From Leptospiraceae bacterium (GTDB lineage Bacteria; Spirochaetota; Leptospiria; Leptospirales; Leptonemataceae): a DNA stretch of 64,000 nt. The stretch spans positions 545,212-609,211 of the forward strand of contig JAVJNR010000002.1 of the NCBI GenBank assembly GCA_040217195.1, written 5' to 3'. The position numbers and the translations under genes were made by a program. The notes under the pieces are model-generated. The model was given only the letters and a program-made list of their open reading frames with translations, did not search any database and was not told where the DNA came from. Below, piece after piece: positions 29,938 through 38,668 of this stretch (positions are counted from its first letter, which is position 1; each line of letters opens with the position of its first letter).

Positions 29938-31530
29938 ATGGCGTCCAAGAAACAGGATAAGAAGAAAAACAAGACCTACCGAAAGCAGAAATCTCCACTA
30001 ATTGAGAATGGTGGCCGCGGACATTATGGCGGGGAACAGCCGCCGGATGGAAAGCAATTCGTTGTTGTGGATACGAACGTCTTTTTGATCGATCCATCGG
30101 CCTATCTGAAATTCCCTGACTCTCATCTGATAATCCCTCTAATTGTTATTGAAGAGCTGGACTCCTTTAAGAGAGAACTGACGGCCATCGGTAAAGCTGC
30201 TAGAGAGATTATTCGCACACTGGATGATCTTCGCAGCAAAGGTCCCCTGACTGAAGGTGTATCTCTGGAAAATGGTGCCGATCTTCGAGTCTTCATTCTG
30301 GAAGATCCGGATTACGAAATACCTCCTGGACTGGATCATATAGCGAAGGACAATTACATTCTAGCCTGCGCACTATTGATTTCAGAGCGTACAGATCAGC
30401 CGGTTCGCCTGGTGACCAAGGATGCAGACCTGCGAATCAAGGCGGACGTCCTGGGCCTGGAGGCCATCGATTACAGTCAGGATCAGCTGGATAGAAATCA
30501 TCATCTGTACAGCGGCCAGAGAGTCTTTGCAGTGGAAGACTCTGTAGTGGATGCCTTCTTCGCTGGAGAGCCGGTAATGGCCGATCGCCTGGCCGATCCG
30601 AAACCAGCTGAAGAGAATGGAAATGGCAAAAACGAAATATTGCGAAAGGTAGTTCCAACCGGAAAAGAAGAGGAACCGGAAGAGGAAACTCTGCAGGTAT
30701 TCAAAGAAACGGACGGAATTCATCTACAGGCGCCTGCAGAAAACCCGTTTCAGGTAAATCAGTATATTACCTTGAAAAGCGAATCCAGAAGCGGACTTGG
30801 AAGGATCCGTGTAGATAAAAAGGTTTATTCTCTGATTGAAAGGGCGGCGCTGAATATTAGCCCGCGAAACAGAGAGCAAAGATTTGCCATGGATGCCTTG
30901 CTGGATCCGGAAGTGCAGCTTGTAACCCTGGCGGGTATGGCCGGTACCGGAAAGACTCTTCTGGCCATTGCCTGTGGATTGGAACAGATTCTGGAAGAGA
31001 AGCGATATCGGCGATTGCTGGTGGCCAGGCCGGTGATTCCTATGGGTCGAGACCTGGGGTATCTGCCCGGTGAACTGGGGGAGAAGATGCGTCCCTGGAT
31101 GCAGCCCATCTATGATAATCTTGAGTTCATTCTGGGTGCGGATGATGACCCTGGAAATCAGGAAAGCGATAAGACTGCACCGGCCCAGGGAACCATCCAG
31201 TACTTGATGCAGAGCGGATTGCTGGCTGTAGAGCCACTGACTTACATTCGTGGAAGGTCCATACCGGAGCAGTATGTCATTGTAGACGAAGCTCAGAATC
31301 TTTCGCCCCATGAAGCCAAGACTATCATTACCCGGGCCGGAGAAGGAACCAAGATTGTGTTTACCGGAGACTTTTTTCAAATCGACCATCCTTACCTGAA
31401 CCTGTATTCCAACGGTATAACCTTTACAGCCCAGCGAATGAGGGATGAAGGAATTTTCGCACACGTGACCCTTACAAAAGGTGAGCGCTCCCGACTGGCC
31501 GAGCTTGCATCGCATCTTATGGAGGGATAG
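29938..31530 (+). CDS. PIN-PhoH protein (PhoH2/YlaK-like)
   Basis: PIN VVDTNV, IEELD, DNYIL, VTKDADLR; PhoH GMAGTGKT, LGYLPG, IRGRSI, DEAQN, GDFFQID. Confidence 0.92.
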   Translation: MASKKQDKKKNKTYRKQKSPLIENGGRGHYGGEQPPDGKQFVVVDTNVFLIDPSAYLKFPDSHLIIPLIVIEELDSFKRELTAIGKAAREIIRTLDDLRSKGPLTEGVSLENGADLRVFILEDPDYEIPPGLDHIAKDNYILACALLISERTDQPVRLVTKDADLRIKADVLGLEAIDYSQDQLDRNHHLYSGQRVFAVEDSVVDAFFAGEPVMADRLADPKPAEENGNGKNEILRKVVPTGKEEEPEEETLQVFKETDGIHLQAPAENPFQVNQYITLKSESRSGLGRIRVDKKVYSLIERAALNISPRNREQRFAMDALLDPEVQLVTLAGMAGTGKTLLAIACGLEQILEEKRYRRLLVARPVIPMGRDLGYLPGELGEKMRPWMQPIYDNLEFILGADDDPGNQESDKTAPAQGTIQYLMQSGLLAVEPLTYIRGRSIPEQYVIVDEAQNLSPHEAKTIITRAGEGTKIVFTGDFFQIDHPYLNLYSNGITFTAQRMRDEGIFAHVTLTKGERSRLAELASHLMEG

Positions 31531-31531
31531 G

Positions 31532-32137
31532 TTGATTTCTGAGCTGGACTGGGACAGCCTTCGCAATCAGGCCCTGGAATGCAGACAATGCAGGCTATGC
31601 GAAACTCGAAAAACGGTGGTCTTTGGAGAAGGAAGCCCATCGGCCAGGGTAATGTTCATTGGCGAAGGTCCCGGGAAAACAGAGGACGAAACCGGCCGTC
31701 CCTTTGTAGGACGGGCTGGCGAATTGCTCACACGAATTATCGAAAACGGCATGGGTCTGTCCCGTCAGGATGTTTACATCGCAAATGTAGTAAAATGCCG
31801 ACCGACGGTTGATCAGAAAGGTGTCAAAGATAGACCGCCGGATCCAGAAGAAACCGCAGCCTGCAGCCCTTATCTAATTCGCCAGATTGAACTGATTAAG
31901 CCAGAAGTCATTGTCACTCTGGGAAATCCATCTACCAGATTCCTGCTCAATACTCAAATCGGAATAACGAAATTGCGAGGAACATGGGCTGAGTACCGGG
32001 GCATACCATTGATGCCCACCTACCATCCAAGCTATGTCTTGCGAAATGGTGGCGAAAAAAGCCCACTGCGCCGGGATGTCTGGGAGGATATTAAGATGGT
32101 GATGGAGAAACTGGGTATGCCTGTTTCCGGACCATGA
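31532..32137 (+). CDS. Uracil-DNA glycosylase, family 4
   Basis: CRQCRL, GEGPG, PFVGRAG, NVVKCRP, TYHPSY; TTG start after GGAGGG. Confidence 0.93.
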   Translation: MISELDWDSLRNQALECRQCRLCETRKTVVFGEGSPSARVMFIGEGPGKTEDETGRPFVGRAGELLTRIIENGMGLSRQDVYIANVVKCRPTVDQKGVKDRPPDPEETAACSPYLIRQIELIKPEVIVTLGNPSTRFLLNTQIGITKLRGTWAEYRGIPLMPTYHPSYVLRNGGEKSPLRRDVWEDIKMVMEKLGMPVSGP

Positions 32138-32301
32138 ATCCTGATGAATCATTCTTCGCCCTGCCGGTACCAGGCCAGATTTCACCATTAGCTTTCTGAG
32201 AAGGAAGCGCAGACCTGATTGGAATTTCTAAATAAGCTTCCTGAGATTGTTCGTTTCGGAAAAGGTTGCCCCGGAGACGCACGGACTCAATCTGTCCTCC
32301 T

Positions 32302-33600
32302 ATGATCGATCGCTACAGTCATCCTGAAATTGCAGGAATATGGACTCTGGAAAACAAATACCGCATCTGGCTGGATGTTGAGATCGCCGTATGCGACGCC
32401 TGGAATAAGCGAGGCGTGGTGCCGGATGAAGATCTAAAAGCAATCAAAGAGAAAGCAGATTTTAATGTGCAGGAGATTCTGGAAATCGAATCCCGAGTGC
32501 ACCATGATGTAATTGCATTTCTTACCAATGTACGCGACCGCATTGGCCCGGCCGGTCGCTGGATTCATTACGGTATGACCAGCTCAGATGTGGGAGATAC
32601 ATCTCTCTGTATGCAACTGGTTCAATCCGCTGATCTACTCATGAAGCGATTGGAAGCTTTGATTGAGATCACCAGAAAACTTGCCCTGGAATACAAAGAC
32701 CAGGCAATGGTGGGTAGAACCCATGGAATTCACGGTGAGCCAACTACCCTGGGGATGAAGTTTGCGCATTTTTATGCTGAATTACTTAGAGATAAGGAAA
32801 GATTGGAAAGTGCTCGAGACCAGATTGCAGTGGGAAAACTTAGCGGTGCTGTAGGTACTTTTAGCAATATTGATCCTGACCTGGAAGAAGAAGTCTGTAC
32901 AGCTCTTGGATTAAAGCCCGAGCCCGTAGCCACACAGGTAGTGAATCGGGATAGGCATGCATACTTCGCTTCCGTTTGCGGAGTCATCGCTGGTGGACTG
33001 GATCGAATGGCAAATGAGATTCGTCTGCTACAAAAGTCTGAAGGCCGGGAAGTAGAGGAGCCATTTGCGAAAGGTCAGAAGGGTTCCAGTGCAATGCCAC
33101 ATAAGAGAAACCCGGTAGTATGCGAAAGAATTTGCGGATTGGCACGAGTGGTGCAGTCGAACGTGCAGGTGGCTTATAGAGATATGCCTTTGTGGCATGA
33201 AAGGGACATCAGTCATTCCTCGGCCGAAAGAGTGGTATTACCTGACATCTGTATTGGCCTGGATTATATTCTGGAGAGGATGATCTTTGTGCTTTCTGGA
33301 TTGCATGTATATCCAGAAAACATGGAAAAGACTCTAAATGTTACCAGAGGTCTGATATTTTCCCAGCGACTAATGCTTACTTTAATCGATGCAGGTATGT
33401 TGCGAGACGATGCTTACGACGTAGTGCAGTCCATGAGTATGCAAGTCTGGGCCGATTCGTCTCTGGATTTGCATACGGCCGCATTGAACAATGCAGAAGT
33501 CACCGAGAAGTTAAGTAAAGAACAGATTCAAAAGGTATTTGAGCTGAATTACTTCCTTAGAAATATCGATCCAATCTATAAGCGCCTGGGCCTTCTGTAA
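32302..33600 (+). CDS. purB: Adenylosuccinate lyase
   Basis: MIDRY, HHDVIAF, GRTHGIH, GSSAMPHKRNP. Confidence 0.97.
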   Translation: MIDRYSHPEIAGIWTLENKYRIWLDVEIAVCDAWNKRGVVPDEDLKAIKEKADFNVQEILEIESRVHHDVIAFLTNVRDRIGPAGRWIHYGMTSSDVGDTSLCMQLVQSADLLMKRLEALIEITRKLALEYKDQAMVGRTHGIHGEPTTLGMKFAHFYAELLRDKERLESARDQIAVGKLSGAVGTFSNIDPDLEEEVCTALGLKPEPVATQVVNRDRHAYFASVCGVIAGGLDRMANEIRLLQKSEGREVEEPFAKGQKGSSAMPHKRNPVVCERICGLARVVQSNVQVAYRDMPLWHERDISHSSAERVVLPDICIGLDYILERMIFVLSGLHVYPENMEKTLNVTRGLIFSQRLMLTLIDAGMLRDDAYDVVQSMSMQVWADSSLDLHTAALNNAEVTEKLSKEQIQKVFELNYFLRNIDPIYKRLGLL

Positions 33601-33666
33601 TTCTGCGAGAACCGGAGCTCCTTGCTCCTTTTCACTGCCCGGGGATTGCTGATTCGCTAGCTGCAT

Positions 33667-34767
33667 ATGTCGACATTGGTCTTATCCCTGACATTACTAT
33701 TTGCCGGACTCCTGGCCCTACTGTATGCCGCGGGCAAACTGGCAGCCCGTTCGGTGAGCTACGAAGCCCGGCTAATGGCAGCTGCATACCTGGCCCTGGC
33801 GATGATGCTATGTCATGCGGCTGCGCTGATTTCTGGAATTCTAGCTCAGGCGCCCCATTGGCTGGGCTGGCATATACCGGGACTGCTCGCCATCGGTCCC
33901 TTAATATATCGCTTTACTCAGGTTCGGCTAAATCTTCCGGGCAGGAATACCAGCTGGCAATTGCATCTGGCTCCCGCTTTGCTTTCTATTCCTGGTTTGC
34001 TAATATTTCTGTTCGTGGATTCGCCCACCAAACTTGCTCTGATTGGAGCTGCTCGGGCCGGAATACTGGAATCCACCTACCTTATTATCGTAGTGATCAC
34101 CAGTCTGCATCCAGTCGCCTATGCCTTGATCGGTATAATTGAGCTTATTCGGGCTCTGGGATGGAGACGGTATCTGGCAGAAGAGTCCGTGCGACTTCTG
34201 GGAGTTTTGCTAGTAGCCCTGGGCCTGATGTCTCTTTTGCTTCTGGTAGGCTTCATTGGCCAGAATCGGTTCTTGCTATCGGTGGGCACAATTTGCAGTG
34301 CGCTTTTCATTCCAGCATTGTATATTCTGGGCCGTCGATACCCCTATTTTTTTGATGAGCTGCAATCCATCGTTGAACGTAGCAAGTACCAGAACTCACA
34401 GCTAAAAGGAAAAGATCTGGCCGAGATTGGCCGTCGCCTGAATTCACTAATGTCTTCGGAGAAATTGTACAGGGATGAGGAATTGTCTCTGGCTGATCTA
34501 GCAGCAAGCGTTCAGCTGACTTCGCATCAGCTTTCCGAGTATTTCAATGTGCAACTCAAAGTTAATTTCTCTCGATTCGTGAATCGGTACCGTATCCAGG
34601 AGGCCTGCAAAATGCTAATTGAGCGTCCAGAGCTTACGGTTCTGAATATAGCCTTTGCTGTGGGCTTCAACTCCAAAAGCGTCTTCAACACAGCTTTTTC
34701 ACGAGAAACAGGGCTGACTCCCACCGCCTATCGTGCAAAACACCCTGACTCCACTCCTATTTCGTAA
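33667..34767 (+). CDS. Membrane-anchored AraC family regulator
   Basis: About 7 TM, then AraC HTH (FVNRYRI, IAFAVGFNSKSVFNTAF, TGLTPTAYR). Confidence 0.9.
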   Translation: MSTLVLSLTLLFAGLLALLYAAGKLAARSVSYEARLMAAAYLALAMMLCHAAALISGILAQAPHWLGWHIPGLLAIGPLIYRFTQVRLNLPGRNTSWQLHLAPALLSIPGLLIFLFVDSPTKLALIGAARAGILESTYLIIVVITSLHPVAYALIGIIELIRALGWRRYLAEESVRLLGVLLVALGLMSLLLLVGFIGQNRFLLSVGTICSALFIPALYILGRRYPYFFDELQSIVERSKYQNSQLKGKDLAEIGRRLNSLMSSEKLYRDEELSLADLAASVQLTSHQLSEYFNVQLKVNFSRFVNRYRIQEACKMLIERPELTVLNIAFAVGFNSKSVFNTAFSRETGLTPTAYRAKHPDSTPIS

Positions 34768-34784
34768 TAAGCATTTTTTTCGTT

Positions 34785-34830
34785 CGGATTGATCAATCCG
34801 GTCGCAGCTGTTCAAGGATGAGGCTATAAT
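34785..34830 (+). promoter_or_regulatory. Palindromic operator and -10 box upstream of two membrane genes
   Basis: Perfect 16-bp palindrome CGGATTGATCAATCCG (34785-34800); TATAAT at 34825-34830; no recognisable -35. Confidence 0.6.
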
Positions 34831-34938
34831 CTGGCTCGGTTGTGAACGTTTGCTGGCATAGTGCTTCGTATCGAGAAACCTAATGCGAAGGCAAACGATG
34901 GAAACAATCAAATCTGATCAATGATGATAGGAGTAGCC

Positions 34939-35385
34939 ATGAATGCTGCCATAGTTGAATCGAATGAGAAAGAGGGAATTTCCCGGCCAGAATTGTTGTT
35001 TTTTAAGGCTCTGTTTGTTGTGGGGGCTCTGTGGAATTTGCTGGGAGCCGTCTTTGGATATTTTGACACAGCCGCCACGTACCAGAGCTTCTTTGGTCGT
35101 GTTCTGGAGGATCCACTTCAGTATGCGGTGTATCGGGGGTCCTGGGGAACTACTTTGCTCTATTTCTGGGGTTACCTACTGGTAGCCTACAACCCTCAAA
35201 AGCATACAGGGATCGTTGCGCTGGGAACCCTGGGTAAGATATTCTTTTCCTGGAAGCTTCTGAGCCTGTACTCTGCGGGTCTGGCAAAACCGATTGTGCT
35301 ACTGGTCGTGACCGGCGATGCACTTTTCGCAGTCCTGTTTATCTACTATCTGGTGCGCATGGTATTCGCGCAAAGGGAGCTCTAA
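34939..35385 (+). CDS. Small 4-TM membrane protein
   Basis: RBS AGGAG; GALWNL...LGTLGK...GDALFA. Confidence 0.7.
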   Translation: MNAAIVESNEKEGISRPELLFFKALFVVGALWNLLGAVFGYFDTAATYQSFFGRVLEDPLQYAVYRGSWGTTLLYFWGYLLVAYNPQKHTGIVALGTLGKIFFSWKLLSLYSAGLAKPIVLLVVTGDALFAVLFIYYLVRMVFAQREL

Positions 35386-35388
35386 GCG

Positions 35389-35913
35389 ATGGAAAATCAA
35401 AACTTACAAGGTAAATCTATGAAGAATCGAATTCTCAATCAATCCTGCCGCTGGATGACTCTGGCTGCAATCCTTGCTCTGGGCATTTCAGCGGGAGCTA
35501 GCCTGGCCGAAGTTACACTGCTGGTTCCATTCTGGAAAACCTTGAATGCAAACGATTTTTTCAGCTGGTATCAGGATAATCAGGAGCGGCTTGTCGCTTT
35601 CTACAGCCCATTGCAAATCTGGAGTGCCGTTCTGGCTCTTTTGGCCCTGGTTATTCATGGATTGGCTCGAAACCGAGGAAAGTGGATGATGCTTATCTCA
35701 ACTCTATTTGCCCTGGGGGTGCTGGCTACTTTCTTCATGTTTTTCAAGGAAGCCAACGGGGCATTGGCCGCAGGACCCATGCCGGAATCTCAGTTGGCTG
35801 TGGCACTGGAAGTCTGGGGGAACTGGCAATGGATTCGAATCGCTCTTGGCTCACTGGCTTTTGCATTCGCAGTCCTTGCCTTTCCGGCCGCCAGATTGAG
35901 CTCTTCCGAGTGA
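35389..35913 (+). CDS. DUF1772/anthrone oxygenase-like membrane protein
   Basis: LLVPFWK, KEANG, WGNWQWIRI; 4 TM. Confidence 0.65.
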   Translation: MENQNLQGKSMKNRILNQSCRWMTLAAILALGISAGASLAEVTLLVPFWKTLNANDFFSWYQDNQERLVAFYSPLQIWSAVLALLALVIHGLARNRGKWMMLISTLFALGVLATFFMFFKEANGALAAGPMPESQLAVALEVWGNWQWIRIALGSLAFAFAVLAFPAARLSSSE

Positions 35914-36491
35914 GCTCCAGGTAGTGCTGGAGTGCCCTGCAGGCATCCAGCGCTGCTCGGAGGCTCGTCCAATCGCCCGGATCAGGAACCTCAAAAACAG
36001 AAATTGAGTCCACCGGGCTTTCCCATTTCAGGACCCCCCGAATCCATTTATCATTGCAATATCCGGGCGGGGGCGGCCTCGACGCAGGTTTTCACCGGGC
36101 AGAGTGCTTAAAAATCGAGCAATGGAATTCTCGGAGGGAGGATATGCGTAAAAAATAGGCAAAATGCCTGTGGCGATCCGCGGATTCAGTGGAGCTTTTC
36201 CGGGTCCAGGATCGGAATGCGGCACCCTGGTGTAGCAAAGCATAGTCGCTTTCATACTAAATGCTCTCAGTTCCCACCGGGTATTCTGCCTTGAACTTGT
36301 CAGGTTTCCTATTGCTCGGTTCTGCCTCCTGCCAGCTTCCAGGGCCTCTCTATTGGCTCAGACCGGCCAATTCTACCGTATTTGGCCCGGGCAATTCGTA
36401 TTGAAGGAGCTCCCGGAAAAGCCCGGCGGCCCAGCATTCCAGGCCGGCGGGCCAGAAGCAAAACGCCAGTTTTTTTGGCAAATTCGGCCAC

Positions 36492-36508
36492 TTGGTACCC
36501 TCCTTGCA
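36492..36508 (+). promoter_or_regulatory. Sigma54 (-24/-12) promoter of amtB-glnK
   Basis: TTGGTAC-CCTCC-TTGCA matches TGGCAC-N5-TTGCA with exact spacing, about 95 nt before the amtB start. Confidence 0.8.
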
Positions 36509-36602
36509 AAGAATTCCGCAAACGGGTCTTGCGGCCCGAGTAACTTCGGGCTGTAGCAAGCTGGAAGAATACGCAAAACACAGGAAATACGAGGAGCTGA
36601 TT

Positions 36603-38192
36603 ATGACCAGTAAGAAGAAATGGCTACTGCTGGCGTTCGCTGCGATGACTGTGGCTCCGATCACATTCGGATCCTTGAAAGTCTCCAGTCTATCCGCCGA
36701 AGAGCCCGCTGCGCCTGCAACTGCGCCGGTATCCACAGAATTGGATTACGATGCAGACGCGCTGCAGGAGCAGGTCGATGCAATTCTCCAAGAGAAAGAA
36801 GCATTGGGCGAAGAATTTGAAGGTGGTACCGCCACTGTACTCGCAACCATCGTCACTACCCTGGGCGATGTTAAGCTAACTTATAAGGGTGTAGTTCAAC
36901 GGGAAGTTTCTGCAGATGGATCTCTGGGTCCAGTAAAAGCAGAAAGCCAGACTGAGTTTACAGAGAACAACGTCTGGATGATGGTAGCAACCTTCCTGGT
37001 GTTCTTTATGCACCTGGGATTTGCCATGATTGAAAGTGGTCTTACCCAGGCGAAAAACACTGTAAACATTCTGTTCAAGAACACTATGATTATTGCCATC
37101 GGTCTTTTGACTTATGCAATCATGGGTTTTAACCTGATGTATCCTGGAGATGCATGGATTTCTGGCACATGGCTGGGATTCGCCGGTTTCGGACTTGATG
37201 CTGGTGGAGATGCTGGACTGAGCTTCGTTTACTACGAAGGTTATCCATACTGGACGGACTTCCTGTTTCAGGGAATGTTCGCTGCAACGGCTGCTACTAT
37301 TGTATCAGGTGCTGTTGCTGAAAGAATCAAGCTTGGTTCTTTTATCCTTTTCTCTATCATCTACGTTGCCGTCGTGTATCCTATTGTTGGTAGCTGGGAA
37401 TGGGGCGGAGGCTGGCTGAATGCAGACAGCTACGTAGAATCTTTCGGAAGCGAATTTATCGACTTCGCTGGATCTACTCTGGTTCACTCTGTTGGTGGAT
37501 GGGCTGCTCTGGCTGGCGTTCTGGTTCTGGGACCACGTCTCGGTAAATATGTAAACGGCGGAATCAACCCTATTATGGGTCATTCCATGCCTCTGGCTAC
37601 AATCGGTATGTTCCTGCTGTGGCTGGGATGGTTCGGTTTTAACGGTGGATCTGTTCTTTCCGGCGATCCGGGTGGAGTATCCTACGTTCTGGTAACCACT
37701 TCTCTGGCCGCTGCATGCGGTATCGTGGGAGCTGTAATTACTGCTCTGGTTATTACCAAATCTCCTGACCTTTCTATGGCACTGAACGGTGCTCTGGCTG
37801 GTCTGGTAGGTATTACCGCTGGTGCAGACGGAGTAGGGCTTATGGCTGCTGTATACATCGGTTTGATAGCAGGCGCTCTCGTAGTGGGATCCGTTCTGGT
37901 GCTGGACAAACTTAAGATTGATGACCCGGTAGGTGCAATTTCTGTTCACCTTACATGTGGTATCTGGGGAACCCTGGCTGTAGGTATCTTCGGTGGTGGC
38001 TCATTCATGGGTCAGCTGATGGGAGTACTGGCTGCAGGAGCGTTCTCTTTCCCAATCGCGTTGATTCTGTTTCTGGCACTGAAGTTCACTATCGGACTCA
38101 GAGTGAGCGAAGAAGAAGAACTGAAGGGTCTGGACCTGGGCGAACATGGCCAGGAAGCGTATGCTGGATTCCAGATCATTAACGTGAAGTAA
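36603..38192 (+). CDS. amtB: Ammonium transporter
   Basis: FQGMFAATAATIVSGAVAER, DFAGSTLVH, WFGFNGGS, DDPVGAISVH; start MTSKKK after GAGGAG. Confidence 0.97.
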   Translation: MTSKKKWLLLAFAAMTVAPITFGSLKVSSLSAEEPAAPATAPVSTELDYDADALQEQVDAILQEKEALGEEFEGGTATVLATIVTTLGDVKLTYKGVVQREVSADGSLGPVKAESQTEFTENNVWMMVATFLVFFMHLGFAMIESGLTQAKNTVNILFKNTMIIAIGLLTYAIMGFNLMYPGDAWISGTWLGFAGFGLDAGGDAGLSFVYYEGYPYWTDFLFQGMFAATAATIVSGAVAERIKLGSFILFSIIYVAVVYPIVGSWEWGGGWLNADSYVESFGSEFIDFAGSTLVHSVGGWAALAGVLVLGPRLGKYVNGGINPIMGHSMPLATIGMFLLWLGWFGFNGGSVLSGDPGGVSYVLVTTSLAAACGIVGAVITALVITKSPDLSMALNGALAGLVGITAGADGVGLMAAVYIGLIAGALVVGSVLVLDKLKIDDPVGAISVHLTCGIWGTLAVGIFGGGSFMGQLMGVLAAGAFSFPIALILFLALKFTIGLRVSEEEELKGLDLGEHGQEAYAGFQIINVK

Positions 38193-38217
38193 GCGAGAGC
38201 GAAGGAGATAAAGGCCT

Positions 38218-38559
38218 ATGAAAATGATTAAAGCCGTTGTCCAGCCACACAAGCTGAAGGATGTTAAGGATTCTCTCGCTAAGGCTGGTGTAACTAAAAT
38301 GACCGTTAGTACGGCCGTGGGATGCGGACAGCAAAAAGGTTTCTCAGAAACCTACCGCGGTGTGATTACAGAAGTGAACCTTCTGAATAAGACAATCATT
38401 GAGATTGCAGTGAATGAAGACTACGTGGATGCTACAGTGCAGGCCGTCATAGACGGAGCCCGCACAGGAAACATCGGAGACGGGAAAATCTTCATCTCTG
38501 AGCTCAAAGAAGCGATTCGAATCAGAACTGGAGAAAAAGGAAAGGATGCCATTGGCTAA
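38218..38559 (+). CDS. glnK: P-II nitrogen regulatory protein
   Basis: GCGQQKG, YRG, TGNIGDGKIF, IRIRTGE; directly after amtB. Confidence 0.93.
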   Translation: MKMIKAVVQPHKLKDVKDSLAKAGVTKMTVSTAVGCGQQKGFSETYRGVITEVNLLNKTIIEIAVNEDYVDATVQAVIDGARTGNIGDGKIFISELKEAIRIRTGEKGKDAIG

Positions 38560-38616
38560 TTCCTTAAACCAGGACTGACACTGTCTGGCTCAATCGAGCC
38601 GTCAGTGCGAATCAGG

Positions 38617-38654
38617 GAAGGGCCTCATCCGAAAGGGTGGGGCCTTTTTCTTTT
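38617..38654 (+). terminator. Rho-independent terminator
   Basis: GAAGGGCCTCATCC-GAAA-GGGTGGGGCCTTTT followed by a T tract. Confidence 0.85.
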
Positions 38655-38668
38655 GGGCTCTAGATCAC

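Noticed and set aside
30724..31566. 280-aa minus-strand ORF, and similar antisense ORFs at 37305-37949, 47035-47676 and 23338-23889
   Set aside because: They lie antisense to well-supported genes and carry no recognisable motifs; these are shadow ORFs.
34854..34870. Possible sigma54 promoter TGGCATAGTGCTTCG
   Set aside because: The -12 element reads TTCG rather than TTGC, and a sigma70 -10 box lies upstream.
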